The notes: generated from the letters alone by a model not told the origin. A stretch of 64,000 bases of DNA from Acidobacteriota bacterium (GCA_013152385.1 JAADGL010000016.1:47694-111693), one strand, 5' to 3'; positions 43,398 through 54,350 are shown, counted from the first letter of the stretch. Program-made: numbers and translations.

Positions 43398-45200
43398 TTA
43401 GAATCCGGCAATTTCTTTTGAGATTGAGCGGATTTCCGCGTCCAGTTCCCGGAGCCGCTTGATTTCTTCCGCGGCGTTTTTTCCTTTTTCATTCCGTTTT
43501 TCCATGGCAGCTTCCATGGCGCCGCGGGTTGCGTGAAGAGTAGCGTCAAAGGTTTCGTTCATGCTGTTTCCAAAGCGGCGGAATGATGTCTGGATACTCT
43601 GGACGATGGACCAGCGGAGGTTTTCAACGTTGTTTCGGACCAGTTCTTCCACCTGTTCCATTACCCGTTTTTTTGCCCGTTTCTGCTGCATGCCGGGTGT
43701 CAGCATGCGGTCCAGGGTTCCCGGGGGAATCGGGGAGAGGGATTGTTTCCATTTGTGGGTAATCCAGTACGGTTTGCTGCGGGCGACAAATGCGCTTCGG
43801 CTTTCCGGTGCGTGAAAGGGGATTTCAAAGATATCGGCGGCGTTCTGGCGGATGGTTTCAATGAGACGGTTGGTTTCCTGCTGCAGCGGTTCCAGTGCGG
43901 TCCCCATCTTTTTTTTGAATTTCAGAGAAAATTGTCCCAGCCGGTCTTCGAAATAGCCGGGAATGAAGTCTGCCAGCGCTTTCCGGGCCGCCTGCTCCCA
44001 TGATGCGGCTGAAATATTTTTTGTGGCATTCTCCACAAGCTGTTCAATTTCCTTTAAGCTTTCTTTTCGCAGCTGTTCCGCTTCTTCTTCCAGCTGTTTC
44101 AGGGTGCGTTTCTGTTCCCCCGCTACCCGGTCCAATACCGCCAGGCGGCTGTTTTCCGTCTGTTCCAGTTTTTCTTCGAAAAGTGCCGTTTTCCGTTCCA
44201 GGTCGGTGAGAGGCAGTTCCAGGGTTTTCAATGACAGTGCCAGTTCCATTTCCAGATTGTTTAAGATATCGAGGATTCGCCGGCTCAGGGCTTCGTACAG
44301 TGCCCCCCGTTTTTCCCCGGCAAGGAAGGTGAAGATCCGGGCTTCCAGTTCTGCCATGCCGCTTTTCTCCCAGTTTTCACGGTTATTTTTTTTTCTTGCT
44401 GTCAGGCCTTTTTTGGCGGATACCGGGAAAACAGGTTCAGGATTGAGGCCGGTCTGGGTACGTACCGTTTTTTTCAGGAATGAGACTGCCTGTTCCAGTT
44501 CTCCGGTATCAAGGTAATCGGTTTTATTCAGGACAAAGAACAGGCGGGGTACACGGTTTCGGACGGATTTGAGAAATTCAATTTCGGTTTCCGTCAGCGG
44601 CGGGTCGGCGGAGGTGACAAAGAGTGCCGCGTCGCATTGGGAGAGGAAGTTCATGGTGGCGGCGGTGTTGTGGCGGAAGGTGGATCCGATTCCCGGTGTG
44701 TCTACCAGTACCACGCCCTGTTTCAGAATTTCCGACGGGTGGAAAACTTCAATTTCCGTTACGTTCAGTACGTTTTCAGGGTTGGCGGATTCGTTGACGT
44801 AGCGGTTCAGAAAGCCGGTCATATCCCCGCTTTTCAGTTCTTCAACAGCGGGAACACCGTCCTTTTCAATGGTTACGGCGATCCGTTTTTCTCCAGGGCG
44901 AATCCAGGTCGGGAGCGCGGTGACCGGCAGTACCGAGCTTGGCAGGATGGCTTCACCGAGAATTGCGTTTAAAAGTGTGCTTTTTCCCCGTTTGAACTGG
45001 CCCAGCACCGCAAGGTGAAGACGTTCCTCTAAAAGCTGTTCACGGATTTTTTCCAGTTTTGCCAGCTGAAGGGCATCCGGTTGTCGGGATTGAAGAAGTT
45101 CAATTGCACCGTTCAGGAGTTCCGGGAGACGGGAGATGTCCTGTTCATTGTTTTCCGAATTGCCGGCGGCCTGTGTGTTGCTGATTTCCCGGTCTGTCAT
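43398..45200 (-). CDS. bacterial dynamin-like GTPase
   Basis: G1 [10 protein letters not shown]3 DTPGIGS, G4 LNKTD, then a long helical/coiled-coil stalk. ATG at 45200 preceded by AGGAGG; the ORF is open to 45215. Confidence 0.75.
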   Translation of the reverse strand: MTDREISNTQAAGNSENNEQDISRLPELLNGAIELLQSRQPDALQLAKLEKIREQLLEERLHLAVLGQFKRGKSTLLNAILGEAILPSSVLPVTALPTWIRPGEKRIAVTIEKDGVPAVEELKSGDMTGFLNRYVNESANPENVLNVTEIEVFHPSEILKQGVVLVDTPGIGSTFRHNTAATMNFLSQCDAALFVTSADPPLTETEIEFLKSVRNRVPRLFFVLNKTDYLDTGELEQAVSFLKKTVRTQTGLNPEPVFPVSAKKGLTARKKNNRENWEKSGMAELEARIFTFLAGEKRGALYEALSRRILDILNNLEMELALSLKTLELPLTDLERKTALFEEKLEQTENSRLAVLDRVAGEQKRTLKQLEEEAEQLRKESLKEIEQLVENATKNISAASWEQAARKALADFIPGYFEDRLGQFSLKFKKKMGTALEPLQQETNRLIETIRQNAADIFEIPFHAPESRSAFVARSKPYWITHKWKQSLSPIPPGTLDRMLTPGMQQKRAKKRVMEQVEELVRNNVENLRWSIVQSIQTSFRRFGNSMNETFDATLHATRGAMEAAMEKRNEKGKNAAEEIKRLRELDAEIRSISKEIAGF

Positions 45201-45313
45201 GGTTCCTCCTGACATTGCTGATGAAATCAGGAGTCATCAGCCCTTCGGCAGTTTCACGGGGGACTCCTTCCCCGATAATAATTTGTATCATTATATCGGG
45301 TTGGGCTGTTTTG

Positions 45314-46360
45314 TCAAAAATTCTCAGGGGGATTTTTATCAATGGTGCGGGGGGCAGGAGAAAACGGGTTTTCTCCGGTTGTTTCATCGTTTTGTCCGGC
45401 CATGGATTCTGCTTCATCCTCTTCGCCCAGCCGAATCAGTTTCCGGTGGTTGCGGACTTTTTGAACCAGAAGCAGGATGACTGCCAGCAGGGTCATGACG
45501 CCGAACAGCCCTTCATCGGACACAATGAGGCTGAAAAGGGTGTAGCGGGAAAGATAGTTTTCCCGGAACATGTGGAAAAAGAATGATAAAGGAACACCGT
45601 AAGCGGAATCAAAAGCAGTTTCCAGGTCTGTTTCATTCAGCCGTTTTAAAAAAACAGTGAGGGGGGCGCGCCCCAGTTCCCGGAGGTAGCTTACCAGGCC
45701 GCAGGAAAGCGGGTAGGCCAGCTTTGCGGTATTTTCGTGCAGAAAAGCCGATTCCGACAGGTAGTTTCTGAAGTTTTTTACCGGAATCCCCAGCAGTGTC
45801 CGTCCGTCTCCGATGGTGAAGCCCCGGCTGAAAGACTGTGCGAGGCCTTCATCCAGCCATCGGGGGATACGGGCGATATTGGCATGCAGGATGGCATGGA
45901 CCGCTTCGTGGCGGAAAACCACAAGAATTTCCGATTCCGCACCACGGCCCAGCTGCCGGGCGGTTTTAATCACGATAATTTGTTTTGCCGGGTCATAAAA
46001 TCCGTTGACCCAGCGGGGAGAGGGGAAAATTTCCGATTTTCCTTTGTTTGCCGGGTCAATGTATACCGGAATCGGGGTTGTTGGTTTTTTCAGCCCCAGT
46101 TCACTGCAGAAACGCCGGGCAAAACTGTCGCTGTCGGCGGAGAGAATGGCGGCGAGACGGACATTCTTTTCCCGGTAATAAATTGTGAAATAGCGGTTTT
46201 CTGAAGCGAGAAAACCCGGAACAGAGGCGGTTTGCCCGGCAAACAAAGCGGGTGGAACAGTACCGGAACAGCAGATAAAAAGTAACATGAGAACATAAGC
46301 CCGTTTTCGGATGGTGAAGACGGGGTGTTTCCTGTTTCCGCTTTTCCTTTTCCCTGTCAT
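45314..46360 (-). CDS. membrane-anchored MA-clan (gluzincin, Peptidase_MA_2-like) putative metallopeptidase
   Basis: FRHEAVHAILH (HExxH) followed by PRWLDEGLAQ (third ligand Glu context). N-terminal signal/anchor and one C-terminal TM (LFGVMTLLAVILLLV). Confidence 0.55.
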   Translation of the reverse strand: MTGKRKSGNRKHPVFTIRKRAYVLMLLFICCSGTVPPALFAGQTASVPGFLASENRYFTIYYREKNVRLAAILSADSDSFARRFCSELGLKKPTTPIPVYIDPANKGKSEIFPSPRWVNGFYDPAKQIIVIKTARQLGRGAESEILVVFRHEAVHAILHANIARIPRWLDEGLAQSFSRGFTIGDGRTLLGIPVKNFRNYLSESAFLHENTAKLAYPLSCGLVSYLRELGRAPLTVFLKRLNETDLETAFDSAYGVPLSFFFHMFRENYLSRYTLFSLIVSDEGLFGVMTLLAVILLLVQKVRNHRKLIRLGEEDEAESMAGQNDETTGENPFSPAPRTIDKNPPENF

Positions 46361-46395
46361 GGGGCCTCCCCGGAAGCCGGATGCCCCTCCGACTT

Positions 46396-48480
46396 TCAGC
46401 TTTCGGATTCGCTGATGACCAGTTTTGAGAAGTCCGCGATACCGAGGAACACTTCACGGAGCCGGGTCAGCAGCGCCAGACGGTTCTGTTTTACAGCACT
46501 GTTTTTATCCATGACCAGTACTTCATCAAAAAACCGGTCCACAGTGTCGGCGATTTCTCCCACCCGTTCCAAAGCGGCAGCGTAATCTTTCTTTTCGGTA
46601 AATTTCACGGCATCCTGCCGGAGAGCGGTCATGGCGTCAAACAGTGCGGTTTCTTCCGCCTGGCCGAACAGGGTGGGGGTGACTTCAGCCGAACCGGTGA
46701 TTTCTGCGGCATCCAATATATTGTGAATCCGTTTGAAACTTCCGGCAACCCGGAGAAAGTCTGCATCTTTCCTGGATTCCCGAAGGGCGGTAATCCGGTT
46801 CAGGGTGTCCAGCAGGTTTCCATGGGGAATGGCAAGAACCGCATCAATTTCATCATAGGCAAAGCCCCGGGTGTTGAGCCAGAACCGCAGCCTCGCGTCC
46901 AGAATGGAGAAGGCCTGTTCAGCCCATTTATCGCGGTCTGTTTTCAAAACAGAGTCGAAAACCGGCATACAGTTTTCAATGGCCCGGTACAGGTCGAAGT
47001 CCAATTCCTTTTCCAGTACAATGCGGATGATTCCCTGAGCTGCCCGCCTGAGCCCGAAAGGGTCTTTGGAGCCGGTGGGCACGATTCCAACAGCAAGGCA
47101 GCCCAAAAAGGTATCCAGCCGGTCGGAAATGGCTGTCAGCTCTCCCTCTCTGGTCCGGGGGAGGCTGTCTTCCATTGAGCCAGGGAGGTAGTGGTCGTAA
47201 ATTCCCTGCCAGACATTTTCCGGCTCCCCTTCTTCTTTTGCGTAGAGCCCGCCCATGATGCCCTGAAGTTCCGGGAATTCATATACCATGTCACTGGCAA
47301 GGTCGCATTTGCAGAGGCGGATGGTTTTGTCCAGCGATGCTGCGTCGCAGGAAAGGAATCGGTTCATTGTTTCGGCGATTTTCTGCATCCGGCGGATTTT
47401 GTCGCCGTATGTACCAAGGTCGGTTTGAAAAACCTGACGGTTCAATTTTTCCGTTCGGCTTTCCAGGCTTTTTTTCCGGTCTTCATCCCAGAAAAATTTC
47501 GCGTCGTAGAGCCGTGCCGCCAGTACCCGTTCGCTTCCCAGTTTAATGTATCCTTTCGGATCATCGGCGGTTGAAGCCACCGCCAGGAACCGGGGCAGGA
47601 GTTTTCCATCGGATTCCCGGGCCGCAAAATACTTCTGGTGTTCTTTCATGGAGGTGATCAGTACTTCTTCCGGGATTTCCAGAAACTTTTCTTCAAAAGT
47701 GCCTTCCACAACGAAAGGGATTTCCACCAGATAACTGACTTCGTTCAGCAGTCCTTCATCCCGGATGACAGTGGCATTGTTCCGGGATTCAAAATGTTCA
47801 ATTGCTTTTTGAATGATGGTTTTACGGGATTTCGGGTCAATGTTCACATGATTCTGCAGGAGCTTTTCCCGATAGCTGCCGAACGTCTTTACCGGAATGT
47901 TCCGCTGTCCCAGGATACGGTGCCCCCGGGTTTCATTTCCGGCTGTGACACCGGCATATTCGAAAACAAGGGGAGCGCCGTCAAGGATTGCGCAGATCCA
48001 GCGGATGGGGCGTACAAAGCGTACATCCAGATTGCCCCACTTCATATTTTTGCGGAACGGGATTTTTTTCAGCCAGGCCGGCAGTATTTCTTTTAAAATA
48101 CCGTCGGTGCTTTTCCCGGCAATAAATACATCCGCCGCCGCAATTTCACCGGTTTTTCCCTGAATATAGCGGATGTCTTTTTCAGAAATGCCGTTTTTTT
48201 TCATGAACCCCTGCAGTGCCCGGGACGGAGTTCCGTCTTCATTCAGACAGATCCGCCGGGGCGGCCCCTGAACCGTAACGGTCCGGTCCGCTTCTTTCAG
48301 GTCAATTTCCGGAATATGATAAATGAGCCTTGTCGGAGAGGCGTAAGCGGCAATTTCCCCCAGGTGAATGCTGTAATTCGAAAGGAGTTTTTTTAATAAT
48401 TTCCGGCCTTCTTCCAGGGAGCCTGGAATCATTTTCGCGGGGATTTCTTCACAGCCGATTTCAATAAAGAATTCAGCCAT
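46396..48480 (-). CDS. glyS: glycine--tRNA ligase beta subunit
   Basis: [20 protein letters not shown]-terminus, about 690 aa. The ATG overlaps the glyQ stop (ATGGCTGA). Confidence 0.9.
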   Translation of the reverse strand: MAEFFIEIGCEEIPAKMIPGSLEEGRKLLKKLLSNYSIHLGEIAAYASPTRLIYHIPEIDLKEADRTVTVQGPPRRICLNEDGTPSRALQGFMKKNGISEKDIRYIQGKTGEIAAADVFIAGKSTDGILKEILPAWLKKIPFRKNMKWGNLDVRFVRPIRWICAILDGAPLVFEYAGVTAGNETRGHRILGQRNIPVKTFGSYREKLLQNHVNIDPKSRKTIIQKAIEHFESRNNATVIRDEGLLNEVSYLVEIPFVVEGTFEEKFLEIPEEVLITSMKEHQKYFAARESDGKLLPRFLAVASTADDPKGYIKLGSERVLAARLYDAKFFWDEDRKKSLESRTEKLNRQVFQTDLGTYGDKIRRMQKIAETMNRFLSCDAASLDKTIRLCKCDLASDMVYEFPELQGIMGGLYAKEEGEPENVWQGIYDHYLPGSMEDSLPRTREGELTAISDRLDTFLGCLAVGIVPTGSKDPFGLRRAAQGIIRIVLEKELDFDLYRAIENCMPVFDSVLKTDRDKWAEQAFSILDARLRFWLNTRGFAYDEIDAVLAIPHGNLLDTLNRITALRESRKDADFLRVAGSFKRIHNILDAAEITGSAEVTPTLFGQAEETALFDAMTALRQDAVKFTEKKDYAAALERVGEIADTVDRFFDEVLVMDKNSAVKQNRLALLTRLREVFLGIADFSKLVISESES

Positions 48481-49318
48481 TTGACACCTCCAGGTAGCTC
48501 TCGGCGCAGGCGCAGGCCAGTGTTCGGACCCGGTTGATGAACCGTGCCCGTTCTGTGACGCTGATGGCGTTGCGGGCATCCAGTACATTGAAGGCGTGGG
48601 AGCATTTCAATGCGTTGTCAAAGGCTGCGATTGGAAGTTTTTCGTCCAGAACCCGACGGCATTCCGCCTCGTACAGGTCGAAGAGTTTGAAGTGAAGATC
48701 AATGTCAGCCAGTTCAAAACTGTACTTTGAAAACTCGTATTCATCTCTTTTCCGAATTTCCCCGTAGCTGACGCCGTGGGCCCATTCGAGTTTATACATG
48801 TTGTCAATGCCGTTGATAAACATGCAGATCCTTTCTATTCCGTAGGTGATTTCCACCGAGACCGGTTTCAGGTCTATTCCACCGGCCTGCTGAAAGTAGG
48901 TAAACTGGGTGATTTCCATTCCGTCCAGCAGAACCTGCCAGCCCACGCCCCATGCACCCAGTGTCGGCGATTCCCAGTTGTCTTCTTCAAAACGAATGTC
49001 GTGCTCTTCCGGCTTGATTCCAAATGCTTTGAGGCTTTCAATGTACAAGTCCTGAATATTGTCCGGACTGGGTTTCATGATTACCTGAAACTGGTAGTGT
49101 TTGTACACCCGGAACGGGTTTTCCCCGTAGCGTCCGTCGGTGGGACGGCGGGAGGGTTCCACATAGGCGACATTCCAGGGTTTTTCGTCCAGTACCCGGA
49201 GAAATGTATGGGGGTTCATGGTTCCGGCCCCGGTTTCGATGTCATAGGGCTGTGAAATCAGGCAGCCGTGTTTTGACCAGAAATTCTGTAATGCCAAAAT
49301 CAATTCCTGAAAATTCAA
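48473..49318 (-). CDS. glyQ: glycine--tRNA ligase alpha subunit
   Basis: [12 protein letters not shown]...[19 protein letters not shown]... is highly conserved GlyQ sequence. TTG start with AAGGAAGGA upstream. Confidence 0.9.
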   Translation of the reverse strand: MNFQELILALQNFWSKHGCLISQPYDIETGAGTMNPHTFLRVLDEKPWNVAYVEPSRRPTDGRYGENPFRVYKHYQFQVIMKPSPDNIQDLYIESLKAFGIKPEEHDIRFEEDNWESPTLGAWGVGWQVLLDGMEITQFTYFQQAGGIDLKPVSVEITYGIERICMFINGIDNMYKLEWAHGVSYGEIRKRDEYEFSKYSFELADIDLHFKLFDLYEAECRRVLDEKLPIAAFDNALKCSHAFNVLDARNAISVTERARFINRVRTLACACAESYLEVSNG

Positions 49319-49359
49319 AATAAAATCCTTCCTTTCCCGAAATGTTCATATCGAATCCG

Positions 49360-49388
49360 ATTGTACCGGATTTACCCGGCTTCGTCAC
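49360..49388 (-). promoter_or_regulatory. candidate glyQS promoter (GTGACG-17-TACAAT)
   Basis: On the minus strand, GTGACG (49388-49383), a 17-nt spacer and TACAAT (49365-49360), about 40 nt upstream of the start codon. Confidence 0.35.
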
Positions 49389-49530
49389 GGGGAAATAGAC
49401 TGCGGATTTTGTCCCCGGGGCTCGGAGCGAAGACGATACCTGCGGGAAGAGCAAAGAAAGAACGGTGGAACTCTGTGCCGTGAAGGTATGTATGGCTGTG
49501 AAGACGGGCAGAGGTGTGGATATTTCCCCC

Positions 49531-51378
49531 TTATTCGTTTCCCCCCTTGTCTTGTTCTTTTGCGTACATACTGTCAATTTCTTCCCAGTATTTCCCTTCC
49601 AGTACAGTGCGGCGGACTTTCATTGTGGGGGTCAGTTCCCCTTTCCGGATTTCCAGAGGGTGATCCAGGATGACGAATTTCTTGATCCGTTCGTACCATG
49701 CCAGTTGCTTTTGACGGAGGTTGATTTCATGTTTCAGCAAGCGCTTCAGCTCTATGCTGGGCAGTAATTCTTCCAGATCTTCATAGGGCAGTTTTTCGTC
49801 CCGGCACCAGTTGAGGACCATTTGCATGTTCGGAACAATCAGGGCTGTAATAAAGTCACGTTTTTCACCGATGAGGCAGGCTTCATCAATGTACGGGCTT
49901 TCTTTCAGTTTTGCTTCAATGGGTGCCGGGGCAATTTTTTCTCCCGAAGAGATAACAATGATATTTTTTTTTCGGTCGGTGATGGTCAGATAATTGTTTT
50001 CATCCAGAACACCGATATCACCGGTATGAAACCAGCCTTCCGCATCAATAACAGAAGCGGTTAAATCCGGAGCGTTATGGTAGCCGTTCATAATTGTCTT
50101 TCCCCGGACAAGAATTTCCCCGTCATCGGCAATTTTGATGTGGATTCCCGGTACGGGAGTCCCGCAGGATCCGAGCCGGTGTTTTCCCGGCGGATTCAAT
50201 GTAACCACCAGGTGGGTTTCGGTGAGGCCGTATCCTTCAATAATAGGGAGTTCCATGGCATCAAAGAATCGGGCGGTTTCCACTGATAGTGAGGCCCCTC
50301 CGGATATCGGGTAGCGAAGGGCGTTGCCAAGGTAGCGGTGAAGTTTCTGAAAAACCAGCCGCCTTGCCACAGGACGGAGCAATTTCAGGAGAATGTGGGG
50401 TTTTCCGTCTTTCCTGACATCGGCGAGGCGGTTTCCCAGCTTTTCTGCAAAACGGAATATCAGGCGCCGTATCAGCCCGCTTTCTCTGATTTTTTGCCGG
50501 ACACCGTGAGTGATTCGGTCAAAAAGCCGGGGAACGCTGACGAGTACCGTTGGATGAAACGCCTGCATATCTTCTATCACCGTGGGGACGGATCGTGCGA
50601 AAGCGATGCAGCACCCCCGGTACAATGGAGTCCAGTTCCCGGCCACCCGCTCGTAAAGGTGGCTTAACGGAAGAAATGATAGAAAGATGTCGTCAGGTTT
50701 CAGCGGCAGGACAGCTTCGGTATTGATGATACTTTCAATAAATCCGCTGTGACGGAGCAGAACCCCTTTGGGATCGCCCGTGGTTCCGGAGGTATACACG
50801 ATGGAACAGATATCGTCCCGGCTGATTTTATTCAATGTTCGTTCAAACCATCCCGGCCGGGCGGCACGGTGCTTGTCTCCCAAACGAAGGATTCGCTTGA
50901 AAATGGTCGTGGGGTGGTCCACATTGCGTATCGCTTCAAAAGTCAGGATGGTCTTCAGTTCCGGTAATTGATCTTCGATTTGCATGAGTTTTTCAAAATA
51001 ATATCGATTTTCAACAAAGATTACTTTGACATCAGAATCCATCAGAATATATGCCATCTGATCCGGTGACAGTGTCTGATATACCGGTACCACAATGCCG
51101 CCGATGGACATGACGGCAAAATCCACAATCGACCATTCCACACGGTTTTCGGAGAGGATGGCAACCCGGTCATGGTGTTTGAGCCCGATGGCGGCAAGCC
51201 CGTGGGCAAGGTCTTCCACCAGATCCCCGAACTCCCGGTATGACATGCTGATGATCCGGCCGCCCCGGCGAAAGCGGAAGGCATTTCTGTCCGGATGTGC
51301 AGCAACAGTCTTCATTAACATGTGAGGGATACTTTGAAATATCTCGGTTCCTCGGATTTTCGATTGCTCCATAATCAT
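49531..51378 (-). CDS. long-chain-fatty-acid--CoA ligase (AMP-forming)
   Basis: IVYTSGTTGDPKGVLL, GYGLTET, FHTGDIG and the C-terminal insertion typical of FACS-type ligases. Confidence 0.85.
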   Translation of the reverse strand: MIMEQSKIRGTEIFQSIPHMLMKTVAAHPDRNAFRFRRGGRIISMSYREFGDLVEDLAHGLAAIGLKHHDRVAILSENRVEWSIVDFAVMSIGGIVVPVYQTLSPDQMAYILMDSDVKVIFVENRYYFEKLMQIEDQLPELKTILTFEAIRNVDHPTTIFKRILRLGDKHRAARPGWFERTLNKISRDDICSIVYTSGTTGDPKGVLLRHSGFIESIINTEAVLPLKPDDIFLSFLPLSHLYERVAGNWTPLYRGCCIAFARSVPTVIEDMQAFHPTVLVSVPRLFDRITHGVRQKIRESGLIRRLIFRFAEKLGNRLADVRKDGKPHILLKLLRPVARRLVFQKLHRYLGNALRYPISGGASLSVETARFFDAMELPIIEGYGLTETHLVVTLNPPGKHRLGSCGTPVPGIHIKIADDGEILVRGKTIMNGYHNAPDLTASVIDAEGWFHTGDIGVLDENNYLTITDRKKNIIVISSGEKIAPAPIEAKLKESPYIDEACLIGEKRDFITALIVPNMQMVLNWCRDEKLPYEDLEELLPSIELKRLLKHEINLRQKQLAWYERIKKFVILDHPLEIRKGELTPTMKVRRTVLEGKYWEEIDSMYAKEQDKGGNE

Positions 51379-51628
51379 AATTTACCACAAATGCTACGGT
51401 TTTTCGATTCGATGCGCGGCATTTCCATGAAACTTTTTTCAGACCGGTACACGGAAGATGATTTCACAGCTGAATCCCGGTATCTGTTGAAAAATAGCCG
51501 GGAGACAATGTTCGGGGGTAATGTCAAAAAGAGGGAAAATTACCGAACCCCTGTTTCACTGGTACAGAGTTCCGTTGATTTGATACAATACAAAAGTATT
51601 CATGAATCAGTAAACGGAGGAAAACAGA

Positions 51629-52702
51629 ATGGCAAAACGGGCAGTATTTTCAATTCTGGTGTTGGCGGTTTGCGCGATTGTAATGGCACAGGGGACGAGG
51701 CCTGTCCGGGATCCCATCGGCTATGTGTGGTCCCCGAAGCCGATGAACCGGCTGATGAGCTATCTTCTCAGCGGTGATCATTCCGATGCCGGTATGAAAC
51801 CTCTGGTGGCGGGAATCTGTCCCCACGACGATTTTCTGTATGCCGGGCCGGTTTATGTGCCGATTATGAAGAGGATTCATACAAAAGAAGTGATTATTTT
51901 CGGGGTGACTCACCACGATGTCCGGATGGCGACAAAAGATCCGAAAAATGTGTTAATTCTGGATTCCTACGATAACTGGAAGGGGCCGTACGGGCCGGTG
52001 GGAATTTCTCCCCTCCGGGAAATTTTGAAGAAAAAACTGCCGTCTGCGGACTATCTGGTCAGCAACAAGGCTCAGGCGCTGGAACATTCCATTGAGGGAA
52101 TGGTGCCGTTTCTCCAGTATTTTAACCGGAGAATTAAAATCACACCGGTAATGGTAACCGGAATGCCGTTTGAACAAATGGAGAAACTGTCAACCGAACT
52201 GGCGGATATTATTGTGGCGTATATGAGGAAAAACAATTTGAAGCCGGGAAAAGACGTATTTTTTCTGATTTCATCCGATGCCAATCATTATGGAGAGGAT
52301 TTTAAGAACACAGTGTTTGGAACCGGAGAAAAAGGGCATGACGCGGCGGTGGCAAATGACCGGCGAATTGCCCGGGAATTTCTTTCCGGGAAGGTAACGA
52401 TAAAGAAAATTCACAATGTAATGGAGGCTACGGAAAGCGGTAAAGCCCTGTGGTGCGGCCATTTTTCCATCCCGTTCGGGATGCTGACAACAATGAAAGT
52501 GCTCCGGGCGCTGGCGCCGTCAAAAGAGATGGCCGGACAGGTGCTGAGTTATGCGGATACGTACAGCAACGGGCCCATTCCGCTCCGGAAAAGCGGGTTC
52601 GGCGTCACGGCACCGTTTTCTTTGCAGCACTGGGTGGGGCATCTTTCAACGGGTTATTGGCTTATGGACCGGGAAAAATCCGGGGCAAAGGTGGGAAAAT
52701 AA
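51629..52702 (+). CDS. secreted MEMO1 / AmmeMemoRadiSam-B-like (LigB superfamily) protein, diverged motifs
   Basis: Signal peptide MAKRAVFSILVLAVCAIVMAQG. CPHDDFLYAGPVY sits where the family has PHAGYxYSG, and SSDANHYG where it has SxDLSHY. Confidence 0.45.
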   Translation: MAKRAVFSILVLAVCAIVMAQGTRPVRDPIGYVWSPKPMNRLMSYLLSGDHSDAGMKPLVAGICPHDDFLYAGPVYVPIMKRIHTKEVIIFGVTHHDVRMATKDPKNVLILDSYDNWKGPYGPVGISPLREILKKKLPSADYLVSNKAQALEHSIEGMVPFLQYFNRRIKITPVMVTGMPFEQMEKLSTELADIIVAYMRKNNLKPGKDVFFLISSDANHYGEDFKNTVFGTGEKGHDAAVANDRRIAREFLSGKVTIKKIHNVMEATESGKALWCGHFSIPFGMLTTMKVLRALAPSKEMAGQVLSYADTYSNGPIPLRKSGFGVTAPFSLQHWVGHLSTGYWLMDREKSGAKVGK

Positions 52703-53158
52703 ATGTGTAATACGCCCCGTTCTTTTTTGCAGGATGAACTCCCGAAAGGCAGCGGTGCGCGGGTCTGTTTCGGCTGCGGGGCCGATAATGTCCACGGACT
52801 CAGAATCAAAAGCTGGGCGGAAAAGGGAAAATGTCTGTGCCGGTTTCATCCGGAACCGCATCATACCGCTTTCCCCGGTGTGGTGAATGGCGGAGTAATT
52901 GCCACTGTGCTGGACTGCCACGGAATCTGGACCGCCGTTGCCTATTATCGGGAAAAATACGGGAAAGCGGTGATGTTTGTTACCCGGAAGCTGACGGTGG
53001 AATATTTGAAACCTACGCCTCTGGGCCCGGAACTTATTCTGGAAGGCCGTGCGGTTCGGGAAGGGGGCCGTTCAGTGACGGTTGAGCTGGAAATGCGGGC
53101 CGGTAACGAGGTGACGGCCCGGGCCGAACTGGTGGGTGTCCGTCTGGAAGATGAATAA
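52703..53158 (+). CDS. PaaI/hotdog-fold thioesterase with N-terminal Cys motif
   Basis: CFGCGADNVHGLRIK, FPGVVNGGVIATVLDCHG (hotdog core). The ATG directly abuts the upstream stop. Confidence 0.7.
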   Translation: MCNTPRSFLQDELPKGSGARVCFGCGADNVHGLRIKSWAEKGKCLCRFHPEPHHTAFPGVVNGGVIATVLDCHGIWTAVAYYREKYGKAVMFVTRKLTVEYLKPTPLGPELILEGRAVREGGRSVTVELEMRAGNEVTARAELVGVRLEDE

Positions 53159-53170
53159 AGAAAAGAAGAG

Positions 53171-53198
53171 GTGTTCCGTGTTCCGTGTTCCGTGTTCT
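53171..53198. repeat. tandem heptamer repeat (GTGTTCC)x3 + GTGTTCT
   Basis: Read directly: gtgttcc gtgttcc gtgttcc gtgttct. A complementary CAGAACACAGAACACG lies at 53291-53306. Confidence 0.9.
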
Positions 53199-53374
53199 GA
53201 CCGGAAAAAGACAAAAAGAAGCTATCTTCCATTTGCATTTAAATTGAGCATTAAAGTGCCCGCCTATACGCACATTACTTTCTCTTCTTTCAGAACACAG
53301 AACACGTTTTCCTTCAGTATCCTGATCTTTCTTGCGCTCGCACACACACATTCACTTCCCCGGAGGGGAACCGG

Positions 53375-54349
53375 ATGAAGGTTCTGGTAACAGGGGGCGC
53401 CGGTTACATCGGTTCCCATGTGGTAAGACAATTGCTGTTGCGGGGAGACGATGTGCTTGTTGCGGATAATTTGAGTAACGGGCATCGGGAAGCGGCGGGA
53501 ACCGCCTGTCTGGAGGTAATGGACCTTTCTGACAATGCCGGGTTCAGAAATTTATTGAAAACCTTTCAGCCGGAAGCCGTAATCCATTTCGCTGCTTTCA
53601 TTGAAGTGGGGGAATCGATGCAAAACCCGTTGAAATATTATCAAAACAATACGGCGAACGGATTTACTTTACTGGCCGCATGCAGGGATTCAGGGGTGAA
53701 AAATTTTATATTTTCATCAAGCGCCGCAGTTTACGGTACCCCGAAAGCGGTACCGGTTCCGGAAACAGCCCCCCCTGCCCCCATTAACCCCTACGGCTTT
53801 TCAAAGCTGTTTGTGGAGCAGGCGTTGCGGGACATGGCGACCTCTGCCGATTTCCGGTATGTGGCGCTTCGTTACTTTAATGCGGCGGGAGCGGACCCGT
53901 CCGGGGAAATCGGAGAATCTCACAATCCGGAAAGCCACCTGATTCCGCTGATTTTGAAAGCTGCTTCCGGAGAGCGGGAAGGTATAAAAATTTTTGGTAC
54001 GGATTATTCCACCCCTGACGGCACATGCGTCCGGGACTATGTTCATGTTAATGATCTGGCGGATGCCCACCTAAAAGCACTGGATTATCTGAGGGACGGC
54101 GGTGAAAGCCGTGTGTTCAACTGCGGATATGGCCGCGGCTATTCGGTTCGGGAAGTCGTGGCGGCTGTACGGCAGGTGACGGGAAAGGATTTTTCAGTGA
54201 CGGAAGCACCCCGAAGGGCAGGAGACCCGGCAGAGCTGGTGGCGGACAGCCGGGAGCTGGCAGAAACATTGAAGTGGAAGCCGCAGTTTGATAATCTGAG
54301 AACCATTATTGAAACTGCCTGGAATTGGGAATTGAACCGGAGGTATTGA
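53375..54349 (+). CDS. galE: UDP-glucose 4-epimerase
   Basis: VLVTGGAGYIGSH, YGFSKLFVEQ (YxxxK), about 324 aa, GalE-type C-terminus. Confidence 0.85.
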   Translation: MKVLVTGGAGYIGSHVVRQLLLRGDDVLVADNLSNGHREAAGTACLEVMDLSDNAGFRNLLKTFQPEAVIHFAAFIEVGESMQNPLKYYQNNTANGFTLLAACRDSGVKNFIFSSSAAVYGTPKAVPVPETAPPAPINPYGFSKLFVEQALRDMATSADFRYVALRYFNAAGADPSGEIGESHNPESHLIPLILKAASGEREGIKIFGTDYSTPDGTCVRDYVHVNDLADAHLKALDYLRDGGESRVFNCGYGRGYSVREVVAAVRQVTGKDFSVTEAPRRAGDPAELVADSRELAETLKWKPQFDNLRTIIETAWNWELNRRY

Positions 54350-54350
54350 C

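Noticed and set aside
49319-49530. Possible T-box riboswitch upstream of glyQS.
   Set aside because: I read the minus-strand leader and found no T-box sequence (no GGTGGTACCGCG-like element), no specifier-loop architecture and no terminator/antiterminator pair. A simple promoter about 40 nt from the start is more consistent.
53171-53198. CRISPR array or other long repeat arrays anywhere in the window.
   Set aside because: The only tandem repeats are 7-nt units in four copies. There is no repeat-spacer periodicity of 25-40 nt and no cas genes.
53136-53378. 80-aa ORF covering the thioesterase-galE spacer.
   Set aside because: It is translated largely from the heptamer and CA repeats (low-complexity peptide). 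It has no RBS and overlaps the end of the thioesterase gene.
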